Shown here: positions 39,298 through 49,151 of the stretch, one piece after another
Position numbering within the stretch: the first letter of the stretch is position 1
Layout of the letters: the number at the start of each line of letters is the position of its first letter
Source of the DNA: Spirulina sp.
Lineage (GTDB): Bacteria > Cyanobacteriota > Cyanobacteriia > Phormidesmidales > Phormidesmidaceae
DNA: 64,000 nucleotides
NCBI GenBank assembly: GCA_044070495.1
Contig: JBIPSI010000027.1
Location: 12,127 to 76,126 of the forward strand
Direction: 5' to 3'
The notes under the pieces: model-generated
Seen by the model: only the letters and a program-made list of their open reading frames with translations
Database searches by the model: none
What the model was told of the DNA's origin: nothing
Made by a program: the position numbers and the translations under genes

Positions 39298-40398
39298 TTA
39301 CCCAGCGACCAATTCCCGCATCACCTCGGCCACGGGTACTAGCCGATCTCCTTGGCCGACGTGGCTGCCAGAAAACACTAGGCCGTTCTCCACATCGCCC
39401 CGACAGGCCCGATCTAGGGCGCGGAGGATGCAGTAAGTTTCCCGTTTATCGCGGAATTTGCACACATGTAGGCAGTTGGCGAAGCACTGGTTTTTGGCCC
39501 CCGGCAGTTCCCCAGCAATCACCCGATCCACAAAGGGGGTGCGGAGGGCGCGTCCGGGTAAACCTACGGGACTGGGCACCAATACGACGTCCTCTGGATC
39601 GGCCTTGAGGTGAAATTCTTTGTAGCGGGGGTCGGCATCGCATTCCTCGGTGGTGATGAATCGGGTGCCAATTTGGACACCGCTGGCTCCTAGGGCAAGG
39701 GCCTTGACTAGGGTGTCATGGCTGTAGATGCCCCCGGCAGCAATCACGGGAATGGGGCGGTCGTAGGTGTCGGCGAGGTACTTGACCAGGGCGGGAATCA
39801 CCGCTTCGGGGCTGATGGCGGGATCGCCCAATTCCTCGGCCTTGGCCCCCAAGTGCCCCCCGGCAGTCTGGGGATTTTCCACCACAAAGGCATCGGGCAG
39901 GCGGTTAAAGTTGCGCTGCCACTTTTTGCAAACGACCTGGGCGGCCCGCACGCTGGAAATAATTGGTACTAGGGCCACATCGGGCCGATGGGCGGTGAAA
40001 CCGGGTAGTCCTAGGGGTAGCCCTGCTCCAGAAATAATCAGGTTGGCTCCATGGTCGGCGGCGGTGGTGGCGAGGGTTTCGTAGTCTCGTGCCGCCACCA
40101 TAATGTTGACGCCGATGATCCCCTGGGGACTGAGGGCGCGGGCCTTTTGCAGTTCGTCGATCAGGGCGAGGCGATTGGCCTCGAAAAACTGTTCTTGGCG
40201 CTTTTTGGGGCTTTTCTCGTCAATATCAAAGTAGGGTGAGTTCATCCCTAGCCCCACCGCCGAAATAATGCCAATTCCGCCAGCATTGGCCACTGCCGCT
40301 GCCAGGTTAGCACCAGAAATGCGGATACCCATACCGCCTTGGATAATCGGGAAAGGAACCGTGTGGACACCCAGGGTGAGCGAGGGAAGAGCAGTCAT
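39298..40398 (-). CDS. nitronate monooxygenase / FabK-like flavoprotein
   Basis: PIIQGGMG, SGAGLP, AGGH, IAAGGI, GVQIGTRF; Cys-rich C-terminus. Confidence 0.88.
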   Translation of the reverse strand: MTALPSLTLGVHTVPFPIIQGGMGIRISGANLAAAVANAGGIGIISAVGLGMNSPYFDIDEKSPKKRQEQFFEANRLALIDELQKARALSPQGIIGVNIMVAARDYETLATTAADHGANLIISGAGLPLGLPGFTAHRPDVALVPIISSVRAAQVVCKKWQRNFNRLPDAFVVENPQTAGGHLGAKAEELGDPAISPEAVIPALVKYLADTYDRPIPVIAAGGIYSHDTLVKALALGASGVQIGTRFITTEECDADPRYKEFHLKADPEDVVLVPSPVGLPGRALRTPFVDRVIAGELPGAKNQCFANCLHVCKFRDKRETYCILRALDRACRGDVENGLVFSGSHVGQGDRLVPVAEVMRELVAG

Positions 40399-40519
40399 AC
40401 GCAGTGGCAACCTCAAAAGACCGATAGGAACGTTGTAAAACGAAGTATTTATGGAGTTGGATGGGGTAAAGATCCCCTGCGGGAGCGACGCTGCCCACCC
40501 CAGTACAGCCGATGGTTAG

Positions 40520-40548
40520 AAAAAAGGGCACAAATCAATGTGCCCTAC
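40520..40548 (-). terminator. hairpin plus U-tract upstream of the nitronate monooxygenase gene
   Basis: minus strand AGGGCACA-TTGATT-TGTGCCC-TTTTTT. Confidence 0.6.
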
Positions 40549-40747
40549 GTAACCACGGAATGGGACTGACTGGAGGAGGGGGGTATGCGTATCCCCAAAG
40601 CCAATCAACTTTGTATAACTATTAAGCGATAAACCGATAAAAAGCAAGCCCCCTACTCAAAATGGGGAGTTACGTTTTTGGTAACCGTCCCGAATGGGGC
40701 AGAAATTTTGCGTAGGTTAGGGTCATAGAGCAGGGAGACCCCGAACG

Positions 40748-42139
40748 ATGAAATACCCACTCAGCCTTTGGTTAACGCTTGGTACCGTCACCGCAACGTT
40801 GGCTCTGTCGGCGGCCAGTTTGCAAGCCATTGAACCGGGGGTGCCCCTGCCCGAAACGCCCCCCGCCGAGGCGGCACCTCCCTCCACCAGTCCCTCTAAT
40901 CCGACGATTCCCCCGATGCCCCGACCACCGATAGATCCCTACGGCCAAGTGATTGAACGCACCAAGGCAATGGTGTCGGATCCCGTGGCCCAACGGCTGG
41001 CGGCGGCGCTGGATCTCAATATCCTCAACATCACCTGGGAGGACACGGGCCGTTTCTACGGGTCGGCGGTTGGCCCCAACATCAGCGACATGACCATTCA
41101 GGTGCAGCACCGAGATCCCCGTACTGGCGAATATCAGCTTCACCTCATGCCCGTGATTCGCCATCCCAACTTTGCCGATGTCACCGCCGATATCCCCCTG
41201 GAAAATTTCTTTGTGCGGGTGGGCAACGAAGATGGCCAAGCCCTGCGGCGGGTGGCCCTTTCCGAAGTATTGGGCAACCTGCGCGACTATCTGCACGAGC
41301 CGGACTCCTGGGAAGGGCGGCTGAATTCCCTCTTGTCACAGCGGGATAGCCATGTGTTGGTCAGTGCCCAGGCGGCGTTTCTGCCCATTCCCCAGGAAGG
41401 CAGCGCTACCTTCAACCCGGTGCTGTTCAACTACCAGTCCTACCCTGGCGACCCAGCTGTTCTCACCATTTTGGCCACACGGGAGGGCACCAGCATCACC
41501 GTCATCGACAACCAGCGCGACACCGTGGACGCAGGGCCAATGTGGGGGCAGCGCTTGTTTTTCAACCGCAACGGCGAACGAGCCAGCTTTACGGGCCAGC
41601 GATTGACCGACTTTGCAGCCCAGGCCGAAGCCTCTGGCCAGCGCGACCCCGACCTAGAAGCGGGCGGCGAAGGGATGAACCTGGTGCTGCTGATTCAGGT
41701 GCCCCTCAAGCAACGGGAACCGATGAACCAATTTGGCGGCATCGGTCTGATGGACAACCTTTCCATGGCTGCACCCCTACCCGCCCCCAGCATGGAGGCC
41801 TCCCGTGGCAGTAGCGATGTAGAGGCCGCCGTGATCGGCCATGGCCCTGTGGAAGGCCCTTTCACCGAAATTGATGGCCTACCCATCGAGCGCGACCCCG
41901 ATTATCCGATTCGGGTGACGGTACAGTTCTACAAAGCCACCAGCAACGGCGTCGTATCTGAGGCCGACATGGCCGAAATTCGCGACCAGATTGATCGCGT
42001 CTATGCCGAAGCTGATTACGTCGGTAGCCTAGTTGTCGATGGCCCCAGCGACCGCCCCACCGAACACGACGGCCCCCACCAAGAACCTGCCGACTGGTGG
42101 CAACGCTTCTGGGAACGCCAACGTCGCTGGTTGCGTTAG
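40748..42139 (+). CDS. secreted hypothetical protein
   Basis: signal peptide, Pro-rich linker, 463-aa ORF with host-like codon usage. Confidence 0.8.
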   Translation: MKYPLSLWLTLGTVTATLALSAASLQAIEPGVPLPETPPAEAAPPSTSPSNPTIPPMPRPPIDPYGQVIERTKAMVSDPVAQRLAAALDLNILNITWEDTGRFYGSAVGPNISDMTIQVQHRDPRTGEYQLHLMPVIRHPNFADVTADIPLENFFVRVGNEDGQALRRVALSEVLGNLRDYLHEPDSWEGRLNSLLSQRDSHVLVSAQAAFLPIPQEGSATFNPVLFNYQSYPGDPAVLTILATREGTSITVIDNQRDTVDAGPMWGQRLFFNRNGERASFTGQRLTDFAAQAEASGQRDPDLEAGGEGMNLVLLIQVPLKQREPMNQFGGIGLMDNLSMAAPLPAPSMEASRGSSDVEAAVIGHGPVEGPFTEIDGLPIERDPDYPIRVTVQFYKATSNGVVSEADMAEIRDQIDRVYAEADYVGSLVVDGPSDRPTEHDGPHQEPADWWQRFWERQRRWLR

Positions 42140-42270
42140 AAGCAGGTTCCGCTCAAGCCGGGACGCTACACTAGACGCTAGAGCCATTGTCTCCCCTTTG
42201 CCCTAGCGTCTGGTTGCCTGGGGCGACTATCCTTGGACAAACTTTGGGCCAGTTATTCCTCGGTGAAATT

Positions 42271-42912
42271 GTGGTCAGCGTTATTCCCGCCAATCAAGTT
42301 TCAATCGGCCATCTGGAAGCGCGGTATGGCCTTCAAGAAGCCGCCCAGCCAGATTTTTTTACGGAATGGACGACCGATCTGGCTTCCCTGACGGCATTAG
42401 AAACGCAGTATTTAGACCGGGTCAAAGCCCATTTCAAGCGTCTGCTCAAAAGCCCGCCCTTACTCGAAAACAGCGTCAAAATGGTGGTGCTCTCACCACT
42501 GTTAGATTTGGCCGGATTCTACGATGACCCGTTTCATCTGCAATCTGAGGTAGGGGTTGAGATCTTCACCGAGGAGAGCGGTGAGACGATTCGCGGCAGA
42601 ATTGATGTGCTCGTCCTCAAAAATCGACTTTGGATTTTGGCCCTAGAAGCCAAACGCAGCGATTTTGATGTGATGGTTGGAGTAGGGCAAGCACTGGCCT
42701 ACCTGCTAGCGAATCCTGCGGCAGATCTTCCCGCCTTTGCTATGGTCAGCGATGGCCAGAATTTCCTATTTTTGAAACTCACCCAAACGCCCCAGCCCCA
42801 ATACGCCCACTCTCGCCTATTTTCACTCATTAACCCCGGCAACGATCTCTATGCCGTGCTTCAGGTGATGAGGCGTCTTGGTCAGGTAATCATCGATGAC
42901 GGGTGCGCCTAA
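42271..42912 (+). CDS. stand-alone PD-(D/E)XK nuclease (HsdR N-terminal-like)
   Basis: VLSPLLDLAGF, GRIDVL, LEAKR, GQALAY. Confidence 0.8.
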   Translation: MVSVIPANQVSIGHLEARYGLQEAAQPDFFTEWTTDLASLTALETQYLDRVKAHFKRLLKSPPLLENSVKMVVLSPLLDLAGFYDDPFHLQSEVGVEIFTEESGETIRGRIDVLVLKNRLWILALEAKRSDFDVMVGVGQALAYLLANPAADLPAFAMVSDGQNFLFLKLTQTPQPQYAHSRLFSLINPGNDLYAVLQVMRRLGQVIIDDGCA

Positions 42913-42931
42913 TCGATGTGATATTGCGCCG

Positions 42932-43159
42932 CTATTGAACTTGACTCAACTGCCCTAGCTCAACACTAACCGCATCAAAGCGGTTGTCTCCGGGATGGTA
43001 GGAGAGAATTTCTATACCAATCGGCTCCCCGGTTGTTGAGTCTTTAATGAGAATAATGCCATCCCCAAGTTCGGCACTAATTTGCTCTTTGCGGGGTGGT
43101 TGCCAGAATACGGTAAGCAATTCTGTTTCTGGCTCGTAGAAAACTTTTACCTGTGCCAT
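42932..43159 (-). CDS. DUF2283 family antitoxin-like protein
   Basis: YEPETELL..GDGIIL..GEPIGIEIL. Confidence 0.75.
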   Translation of the reverse strand: MAQVKVFYEPETELLTVFWQPPRKEQISAELGDGIILIKDSTTGEPIGIEILSYHPGDNRFDAVSVELGQLSQVQ

Positions 43160-43449
43160 ATCGACTCTCCTTCTTTGATTGCATCAGTTTGATAGGCCGT
43201 AATCAAAAATCCATCCCCATTTAATCGTCGTGCTACAGCTACAACCCAGCGTTTCTCGCTACGTGCTAGGTAGAACAGCAGCACGCTATCATCTCGACTA
43301 CTGCGGCGGATTTCATCGGGGTCTGCGAGGGCTTGCTGAACGAGTTCTTCCAGATCGGCGATGTCAGGATGCTTGATAAGTAGCCGCTGCCAGTAGTTTT
43401 CAGAGGTTCTAACGGTAAAGCCAAAAGGTGTAGCGATCTCGAACTTCAT
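43147..43449 (-). CDS. putative BECR-fold / DUF4258-like RNase toxin
   Basis: W...KHP, L.DPDEIRRS, FLITAY; overlaps the DUF2283 gene. Confidence 0.7.
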   Translation of the reverse strand: MKFEIATPFGFTVRTSENYWQRLLIKHPDIADLEELVQQALADPDEIRRSSRDDSVLLFYLARSEKRWVVAVARRLNGDGFLITAYQTDAIKEGESIWHR

Positions 43450-43503
43450 GATCTCCTCCACCGCTTTACTCACAGGCTCTATACCTATTTTGTCTACTTT
43501 CAC

Positions 43504-44088
43504 TTAACTGTTTTCAAAATCGATATTCTCGTAAAGATCGGCGATTTGAATTTGTACGTCAATGGTGCTTAAGGTCAGAGTTACGGTTGGATCATCGTAT
43601 TCCGAGAATAGCCACTGGTGGGCGTTGGTCTGCACGTAATGTTCTACATAAACTCGGTACTGATCGATTAATAGATATTCACGAAAAGTAGGAATCGCAC
43701 GATAGGCAACGAATTTTTCACTGCGATCATAATTCTGGGTTGATTTTGATAAAACTTCGGCAATAAAACAGGGATTTATCACGGTATCTGTGCGGCCAGT
43801 TTGCAATTCTAGCGGTTTGGGTAGAACCATCACATCGGGATAGGTATAGATGTTTGCATCGGGAACCCAAAGTCTCTGATCTACATAGAACGTGCGATAC
43901 TCTTTGCCTCTCAGGGCAGACTTTAAGAGGATATATAGATTGCCAGCAATATCATTATGATTAGGAGTACCGCCAGTCATCGGATTAATATCTCCATCTC
44001 GATATTCATTACGGATTTCTGAATTGACCTCAAGTTCAAGGTATTCTTCGGGTGCATAGATTTTCTTGGCTTCAGCTTGCATGATCAT
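43504..44088 (-). CDS. Uma2 family endonuclease
   Basis: MTGGTPNH, TYPDVMV, IAEVLSKST..YDR..KF, EYLLIDQ. Confidence 0.92.
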   Translation of the reverse strand: MIMQAEAKKIYAPEEYLELEVNSEIRNEYRDGDINPMTGGTPNHNDIAGNLYILLKSALRGKEYRTFYVDQRLWVPDANIYTYPDVMVLPKPLELQTGRTDTVINPCFIAEVLSKSTQNYDRSEKFVAYRAIPTFREYLLIDQYRVYVEHYVQTNAHQWLFSEYDDPTVTLTLSTIDVQIQIADLYENIDFENS

Positions 44089-44328
44089 GTTGGTCTTACC
44101 TCCAATGCCTCTAGCTGACTTTTAATCTAATCCGTTGCTGTCGCCTTGTCGGCCTCTACTGACTGTGCTACTTCTGCTTTCGCGATTTCTAGCTGTGGCT
44201 GTCACTGCTCTCTACAAGTATAGCCCTTAGCTTCTCGTTACCTAGAATGTTTGTGCGGCAAGCATTTTAATTAGTGTCCCACGTTAGAAGATCCATGCTA
44301 TGGATTCAGTAGAACTTTCGTCTTAACG

Positions 44329-44417
44329 AGTTAACGTTCCCAATCACCCGCCGTAGATAACCTTGAATTCCCAACAGATAACCTCTCGGCGGTCGGTATG
44401 CATTGGGGTTGTTATGC
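44329..44417 (-). other. attC-like recombination site (solitary)
   Basis: minus strand GCATAAC...GTTAACT, imperfect palindrome CCCAAT(G)CA / TGATTGGG with an unpaired base. Confidence 0.65.
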
Positions 44418-44463
44418 CACGTTTCTCAACGGTGTAATCAAACAACCGCGTTATGATGCATCA

Positions 44464-44859
44464 TCACGGAATAAAAATCCGTCTTGCGCCCATATAGTTG
44501 GTAGTATAAATCGCAATTTCAACAATCCGATCAACACAACTATCTCGATAACTTGAATCGTTCAACACCCGATCAGCGTTGCCAATAGTCACCACTGGCA
44601 AAGAACCTGGAACATTTTCTTCGCGCATCACCTGCTCTAGCGAATCTTTATCTTTCATGCTGCGATTCGCGGTGAGCAGGATCATCTGGTTTTTCTGCGC
44701 TATCCTCCAAACAACTCTGTCGCTGCTGTCGATTGATAATCCCACCTCCTCAAACATAACGAAGCGAATGGGAACAACATCAAGCCAACCTTGTCCAACA
44801 ATGCTCCCAAGCAGAATCCGCGCATGTCCCTTCAAATTATGATCAATCAAAAAAATCAC
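44464..44859 (-). CDS. DUF5615-like PIN toxin
   Basis: IFLIDHNL, DRVVWR.AQ...ILLTANR; GTG overlaps the DUF433 stop. Confidence 0.75.
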   Translation of the reverse strand: MIFLIDHNLKGHARILLGSIVGQGWLDVVPIRFVMFEEVGLSIDSSDRVVWRIAQKNQMILLTANRSMKDKDSLEQVMREENVPGSLPVVTIGNADRVLNDSSYRDSCVDRIVEIAIYTTNYMGARRIFIP

Positions 44860-45230
44860 GACTGTAGCTGGTGACGTGCCTTGGATGCCTGAAGCTTTTC
44901 CCATGCAGCTTCCAGCCCAGGCGGGGGAGGTAAGGTGGAAATTCGAGCAATACGCTCGCGATTCTGCTCTTCGTAGTATCGTCGAAGCTCTTCAGTTTCC
45001 TGGATCACTTGCTGATACTCAGCTTCGACTTCTGATCGGTGAGCCTCGATATAAGATAAGGCAGCGTTGAGCTGTTCTTCCGTAAGCTCGAACAGTCCCT
45101 GGATAAATTTAGGAGGGTATTGATCTATCACGTAGTCCATCACGTCATAAAGCGTGATCCGCGTGCCTACGATGGTCAGTCCCCGCTCTGTACGGATGAT
45201 ATCTGCTTGGCCGTTAGCCTCGGCAGTCAT
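44856..45230 (-). CDS. DUF433 antitoxin
   Basis: TIVGTRITLYDV, LTEEQLNAALSY. Confidence 0.85.
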   Translation of the reverse strand: MTAEANGQADIIRTERGLTIVGTRITLYDVMDYVIDQYPPKFIQGLFELTEEQLNAALSYIEAHRSEVEAEYQQVIQETEELRRYYEEQNRERIARISTLPPPPGLEAAWEKLQASKARHQLQS

Positions 45231-45449
45231 GGAACAGCCTCCTATAGCCTGCATTTATGATATCCCAAGCCGAAGTGAGGCGGCTCTTCTGGGTATATGG
45301 TGATAAGCCAAGCTGATATCTAGGCATGGCAAGGTTTTCCGCGCTTCTCAGGGTCGAAATCGTGTACTGTTATACGGCTTCATTCATATATACGGCTTCA
45401 TTCATAAACCCAGAGGAGCCCTACGGGGTAAGGCCCAAATCTTAAGGAA

Positions 45450-45515
45450 TTAACCCTCAAATCTGCTGGATAGTACCCCAAAATTACGGTGTTATCCAGC
45501 AGATTTGAGGATTAA
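45450..45515. repeat. long inverted repeat
   Basis: CCTCAAATCTGCTGGATA ... TATCCAGCAGATTTGAGG. Confidence 0.75.
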
Positions 45516-45669
45516 GCGTGGTAATTGAGGGTATTATCCAGCACTTTTGACGGAAAACACCCCTCCCATCGGGATTATCTAGCACGAAGCTCAACCACTT
45601 GCTTAGTTAACGGTGGCCTAATTTCTTTCTTCAATCTCTGCACCTTAGATGTAGCGGTAGTAGGGTTTT

Positions 45670-46038
45670 CTAGGTGGTCGGTGCTGAGGCTAGGTCAATG
45701 CCTAACTCATCCAGCAGCCAGTTGGTCACCTGTTGCCGTTCGCCGGGGGTGAGGTAAAAGCGGCCTGTGTAGCGCAGGCGGTCGTTGATATCTTCTACGT
45801 CGGCCAGGGTAAACAGTCCGGCGGTGGTGGCGATGGTGCAAAGCACGTCATCCTGGCTTTGCTGGTCTAGCCCCCCGTGGCGATAGCGGGCGATGTGCTG
45901 GCCGAGTTTGTCGAAGTCGTAGCTTTCTTGGGCGAGGCGCTGTTTTTTGTGGTCGGGAATGGGTTCTCCGGCCACAATTTTGGCGTAGTCCGTATCCAGC
46001 AGGTTGAGGTGGACGATCTTAGGGGGTTGCAAACTCAA
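45670..46038 (-). CDS. hypothetical protein
   Basis: 122-aa ORF, TTG start with GGAGG RBS. Confidence 0.7.
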   Translation of the reverse strand: MSLQPPKIVHLNLLDTDYAKIVAGEPIPDHKKQRLAQESYDFDKLGQHIARYRHGGLDQQSQDDVLCTIATTAGLFTLADVEDINDRLRYTGRFYLTPGERQQVTNWLLDELGIDLASAPTT

Positions 46039-46378
46039 ACGGCCTCCTTCTGCGTTAGGTATGTGGGCCGAACCCGCTTGGATGGGCGGCGGCGAGAGGT
46101 GCCCTAGGGAACGCGACGGGGTTTGATCTGGCTTGGGTATAGCATAGGCCAGGTTTTTCTGGAGGCTTTGATTCCGTTGGATATTTTTCAGAAAGGGATC
46201 GCTGCACGGGGATGGCTACGGTGCCGACTGTCCCAAGGCTCGGTGATCCCAGCCTTTAGCCGCCTCAAACCATAGATTCAGGGTGGGCCTAGGGATTCAA
46301 TTTTCTCAACTAAAGATCCGTTGACAATCGGGCGAACAGCCTAGGGACTACTGCTAGAATTGGAAGACTGTCAAAATA

Positions 46379-46400
46379 AAATGTTACGTAAATCACATTT
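46379..46400. promoter_or_regulatory. CRP-family-like binding site upstream of ilvB
   Basis: AAATGTTA-CGTAAA-TCACATTT, one mismatch to TGTGA-N6-TCACA. Confidence 0.45.
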
Positions 46401-46456
46401 TGATTCGATAATTTCTGCCTCTATCCCCTATCCTACATCCCCGATTCATCGCCGCC

Positions 46457-48304
46457 ATGACTACCCCTGTTGCGTCCCAAAGTGAAGTCCTTGTTCGCCG
46501 TGCTTCCGGGGCCTTTGCCCTGATTGATAGCCTAAAACGCCACGGGGTCAAGCATATTTTTGGCTATCCCGGTGGGGCTATCCTGCCCATTTACGACGAA
46601 CTCTACCGGGCCGAAGCCGCTGGGGATATTGCCCACATTCTGGTGCGCCACGAGCAAGGGGCTGCCCACGCCGCCGATGGCTATGCCCGCGCTACGGGGC
46701 AGGTGGGGGTGTGCTTTGGCACCTCTGGGCCTGGGGCCACCAACTTGGTGACGGGCATTGCCACCGCCCAGATGGACTCGATTCCCCTGGTGGTGATCAC
46801 GGGGCAGGTGCCGCGCCACGCCATCGGCAGCGATGCCTTCCAGGAAACCGATATCTACGGCATCACCCTGCCCATTGTGAAGCATTCCTACGTGGCGCGG
46901 TCGCCCCAGCAGATTGCCCAAATGGTGGCCGAAGCCTTCTACATCGCCCGCACCGGACGCCCTGGCCCTGTGCTGGTGGATATTCCTAAGGATGTGGGCC
47001 TAGAGGAATTTGACTATATTCCCGTAGAGCCGGGTCGGGTGAACCTCACGGGCTATAAGCCCACCGTTAAGGGCAACCCTCGCCAAATTAATCCCGCCAT
47101 TCGCCTACTGCGCCAGAGTGAGCGGCCTCTGCTCTATGTGGGCGGTGGGGCGATTACGGCGGGTGCCCACGCGGAAATTGCCAAGCTGGCGGAATATTTC
47201 CAAATTCCCGTCACCACGACCCTGATGGGCAAGGGAGCCTTCGACGAGCACCATCCCCTGTCGGTGGGCATGTTGGGGATGCACGGCACTGCCTACGCCA
47301 ACTTTGCCGTCAGCGAGTGCGATCTGCTGATTGCGGTGGGTGCCCGCTTTGACGACCGAGTGACGGGCAAGCTGGATGAGTTTGCCTCCCGTGCCCAGGT
47401 GATTCACATTGATATTGACCCCGCCGAGGTGGGCAAAAACCGCACCCCCCAGGTGCCCATCGTGGGCGATGTGAAGCAGGTGTTGACGGATCTGCTGGAG
47501 CGTCTGGAAGCCGAGAACCAACTGCCTCCCCCCAACCAAACCGTGGCTTGGCGGGAGCGCATCAACCGCTGGCGGCAAGATTATCCCCTGGTGGTGCCCA
47601 CCTACCCTGACATGCTGGCTCCCCAGGAAGTGATTACGGAACTCTGCCGTCAAGCGCCCCACGCCTATTACACCACCGACGTGGGTCAGCACCAGATGTG
47701 GGCAGCGCAGTTCCTCAAAAATGGCCCCCGTCAGTGGGTGTCTAGTGCGGGCTTGGGCACCATGGGCTTTGGCATGCCAGCGGCCATGGGCGTGCAGGTG
47801 GCGCTACCCAACGACACGGTAATCTGCATCAGTGGCGATGCCAGCTTCCAGATGAACCTGCAAGAACTCGGCACCCTGGCCCAGTATCACATCCCCGTCA
47901 AAACCGTGATTGTGAACAATGGCTGGCAGGGGATGGTGCGCCAGTGGCAGCAAGCCTTCCACGGCGAGCGCTACTCCTCTTCTAATATGGAAGTGGGGAT
48001 GCCCGACTTTGAACTGCTGGCTCGCGCCTACGGCATTAAGGGCATCGTCGTCCACGACCGCAACCAACTCAGCGAAGCCGTGGCCACCATGCTGGCCCAC
48101 GATGGCCCCGTGCTGATGGATGTGCATGTGCGCCGCGACGAAAACTGCTACCCCATGGTGGCCCCCGGCAAGGGCAACCACCAAATGCTCGGTTTGCCGG
48201 AGGTGGCTTCGGATGCTGCCGCTGCCGACCTGAAGTGTGGTCAGTGTGGCCATGAGAACGCCCAGGATAGCCACTTCTGCTCCCAGTGCGGCACCAAGCT
48301 CTAG
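46457..48304 (+). CDS. ilvB: acetolactate synthase large subunit
   Basis: [30 protein letters not shown]-terminal CxxC..CxxC ribbon. Confidence 0.96.
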   Translation: MTTPVASQSEVLVRRASGAFALIDSLKRHGVKHIFGYPGGAILPIYDELYRAEAAGDIAHILVRHEQGAAHAADGYARATGQVGVCFGTSGPGATNLVTGIATAQMDSIPLVVITGQVPRHAIGSDAFQETDIYGITLPIVKHSYVARSPQQIAQMVAEAFYIARTGRPGPVLVDIPKDVGLEEFDYIPVEPGRVNLTGYKPTVKGNPRQINPAIRLLRQSERPLLYVGGGAITAGAHAEIAKLAEYFQIPVTTTLMGKGAFDEHHPLSVGMLGMHGTAYANFAVSECDLLIAVGARFDDRVTGKLDEFASRAQVIHIDIDPAEVGKNRTPQVPIVGDVKQVLTDLLERLEAENQLPPPNQTVAWRERINRWRQDYPLVVPTYPDMLAPQEVITELCRQAPHAYYTTDVGQHQMWAAQFLKNGPRQWVSSAGLGTMGFGMPAAMGVQVALPNDTVICISGDASFQMNLQELGTLAQYHIPVKTVIVNNGWQGMVRQWQQAFHGERYSSSNMEVGMPDFELLARAYGIKGIVVHDRNQLSEAVATMLAHDGPVLMDVHVRRDENCYPMVAPGKGNHQMLGLPEVASDAAAADLKCGQCGHENAQDSHFCSQCGTKL

Positions 48305-48471
48305 TTTGTTTAGGCAATCCCTCGAAGCCAACTGCTTCACACTAAGGACGTAATTTCCTAAGTCTCTGCCCCAGCCCGATCCCACTTGGATTGGGCTGGG
48401 GTTTAGCTATGGGCTGAGAGCGACGAATACCAAATCCGAATGCACCATCCTGATTGCCCATCCGACCAACC

Positions 48472-48494
48472 GTAGGGACGAGGTCTCCTCGCCC
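48472..48494 (+). repeat. GTAG-type REP-like palindrome
   Basis: GTAGGGACGAGGTCTCCTCGCCC. Confidence 0.6.
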
Positions 48495-48616
48495 GCTGAT
48501 ACTGGGGCTAAGCAAGTCGCATTCAGGATAAGACGGGGGTTTTTGGCGAACCATAGCCCAGTTTTCAAAGAATGCAGTATCCTAGCCTCAGTTCTTTTCT
48601 GTGGTGTGGGTTGTCT

Positions 48617-49120
48617 ATGTCTGCCGCGCTGAAATCCTACGTTCCCCGGCCCTTACCCTCCTCGGCAGCTCACCCGTCCCAGCGACGTCCGACCGCCTCT
48701 GCCACCGTGGGGGTGTTGCGCCCCCTCAAAGCTGGATCGGTCAAAGCCCTACCCGTAGCCACAGCCCACAGCCCCCTGCGGCGCACCTTGGCGCAGATTC
48801 ATTTGGTGTCCTCGGTGCTGGCGGCCTCCTTGGTGAGCCTCACTCTGGTGGGTTATGGCACGTCGGTATATGTGGATCGCCAGTTGGCTCAGGCCACGAA
48901 TCGCCTCAGTCAACTTCAGCGCAGCGAGCAACAACTCACCACCGCCAACGCCATTTTGACCCGCCACATGGCCCAACAGGCCGAAGACCCCGCTGCTGGC
49001 CTCCAGCCCCCCAAGCCCGATCAGGTGATTTTCCTGCAACCCGCCCCCCAGCGTCCGGCCCAGGTAGTTGAAGAACCCGCCGCTCCTCCAACCCAGGCCA
49101 CCCGTCCCCTAGGCTATTGA
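48617..49120 (+). CDS. hypothetical bitopic membrane protein (FtsL-like position and architecture)
   Basis: TM helix plus short coiled coil directly upstream of ftsI. Confidence 0.65.
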   Translation: MSAALKSYVPRPLPSSAAHPSQRRPTASATVGVLRPLKAGSVKALPVATAHSPLRRTLAQIHLVSSVLAASLVSLTLVGYGTSVYVDRQLAQATNRLSQLQRSEQQLTTANAILTRHMAQQAEDPAAGLQPPKPDQVIFLQPAPQRPAQVVEEPAAPPTQATRPLGY

Positions 49121-49151
49121 TTCGGTTGCCCCTTCGCTGATCCGTTTTGCC

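Noticed and set aside
42271..42912. type I restriction-modification system
   Set aside because: only a short nuclease-like domain; no helicase, hsdM or hsdS
42932..45230. complete integron or cassette array
   Set aside because: no intI and only one convincing attC-like site
48230..48304. zinc ribbon on IlvB as a novelty
   Set aside because: to my knowledge a common feature of cyanobacterial AHAS large subunits
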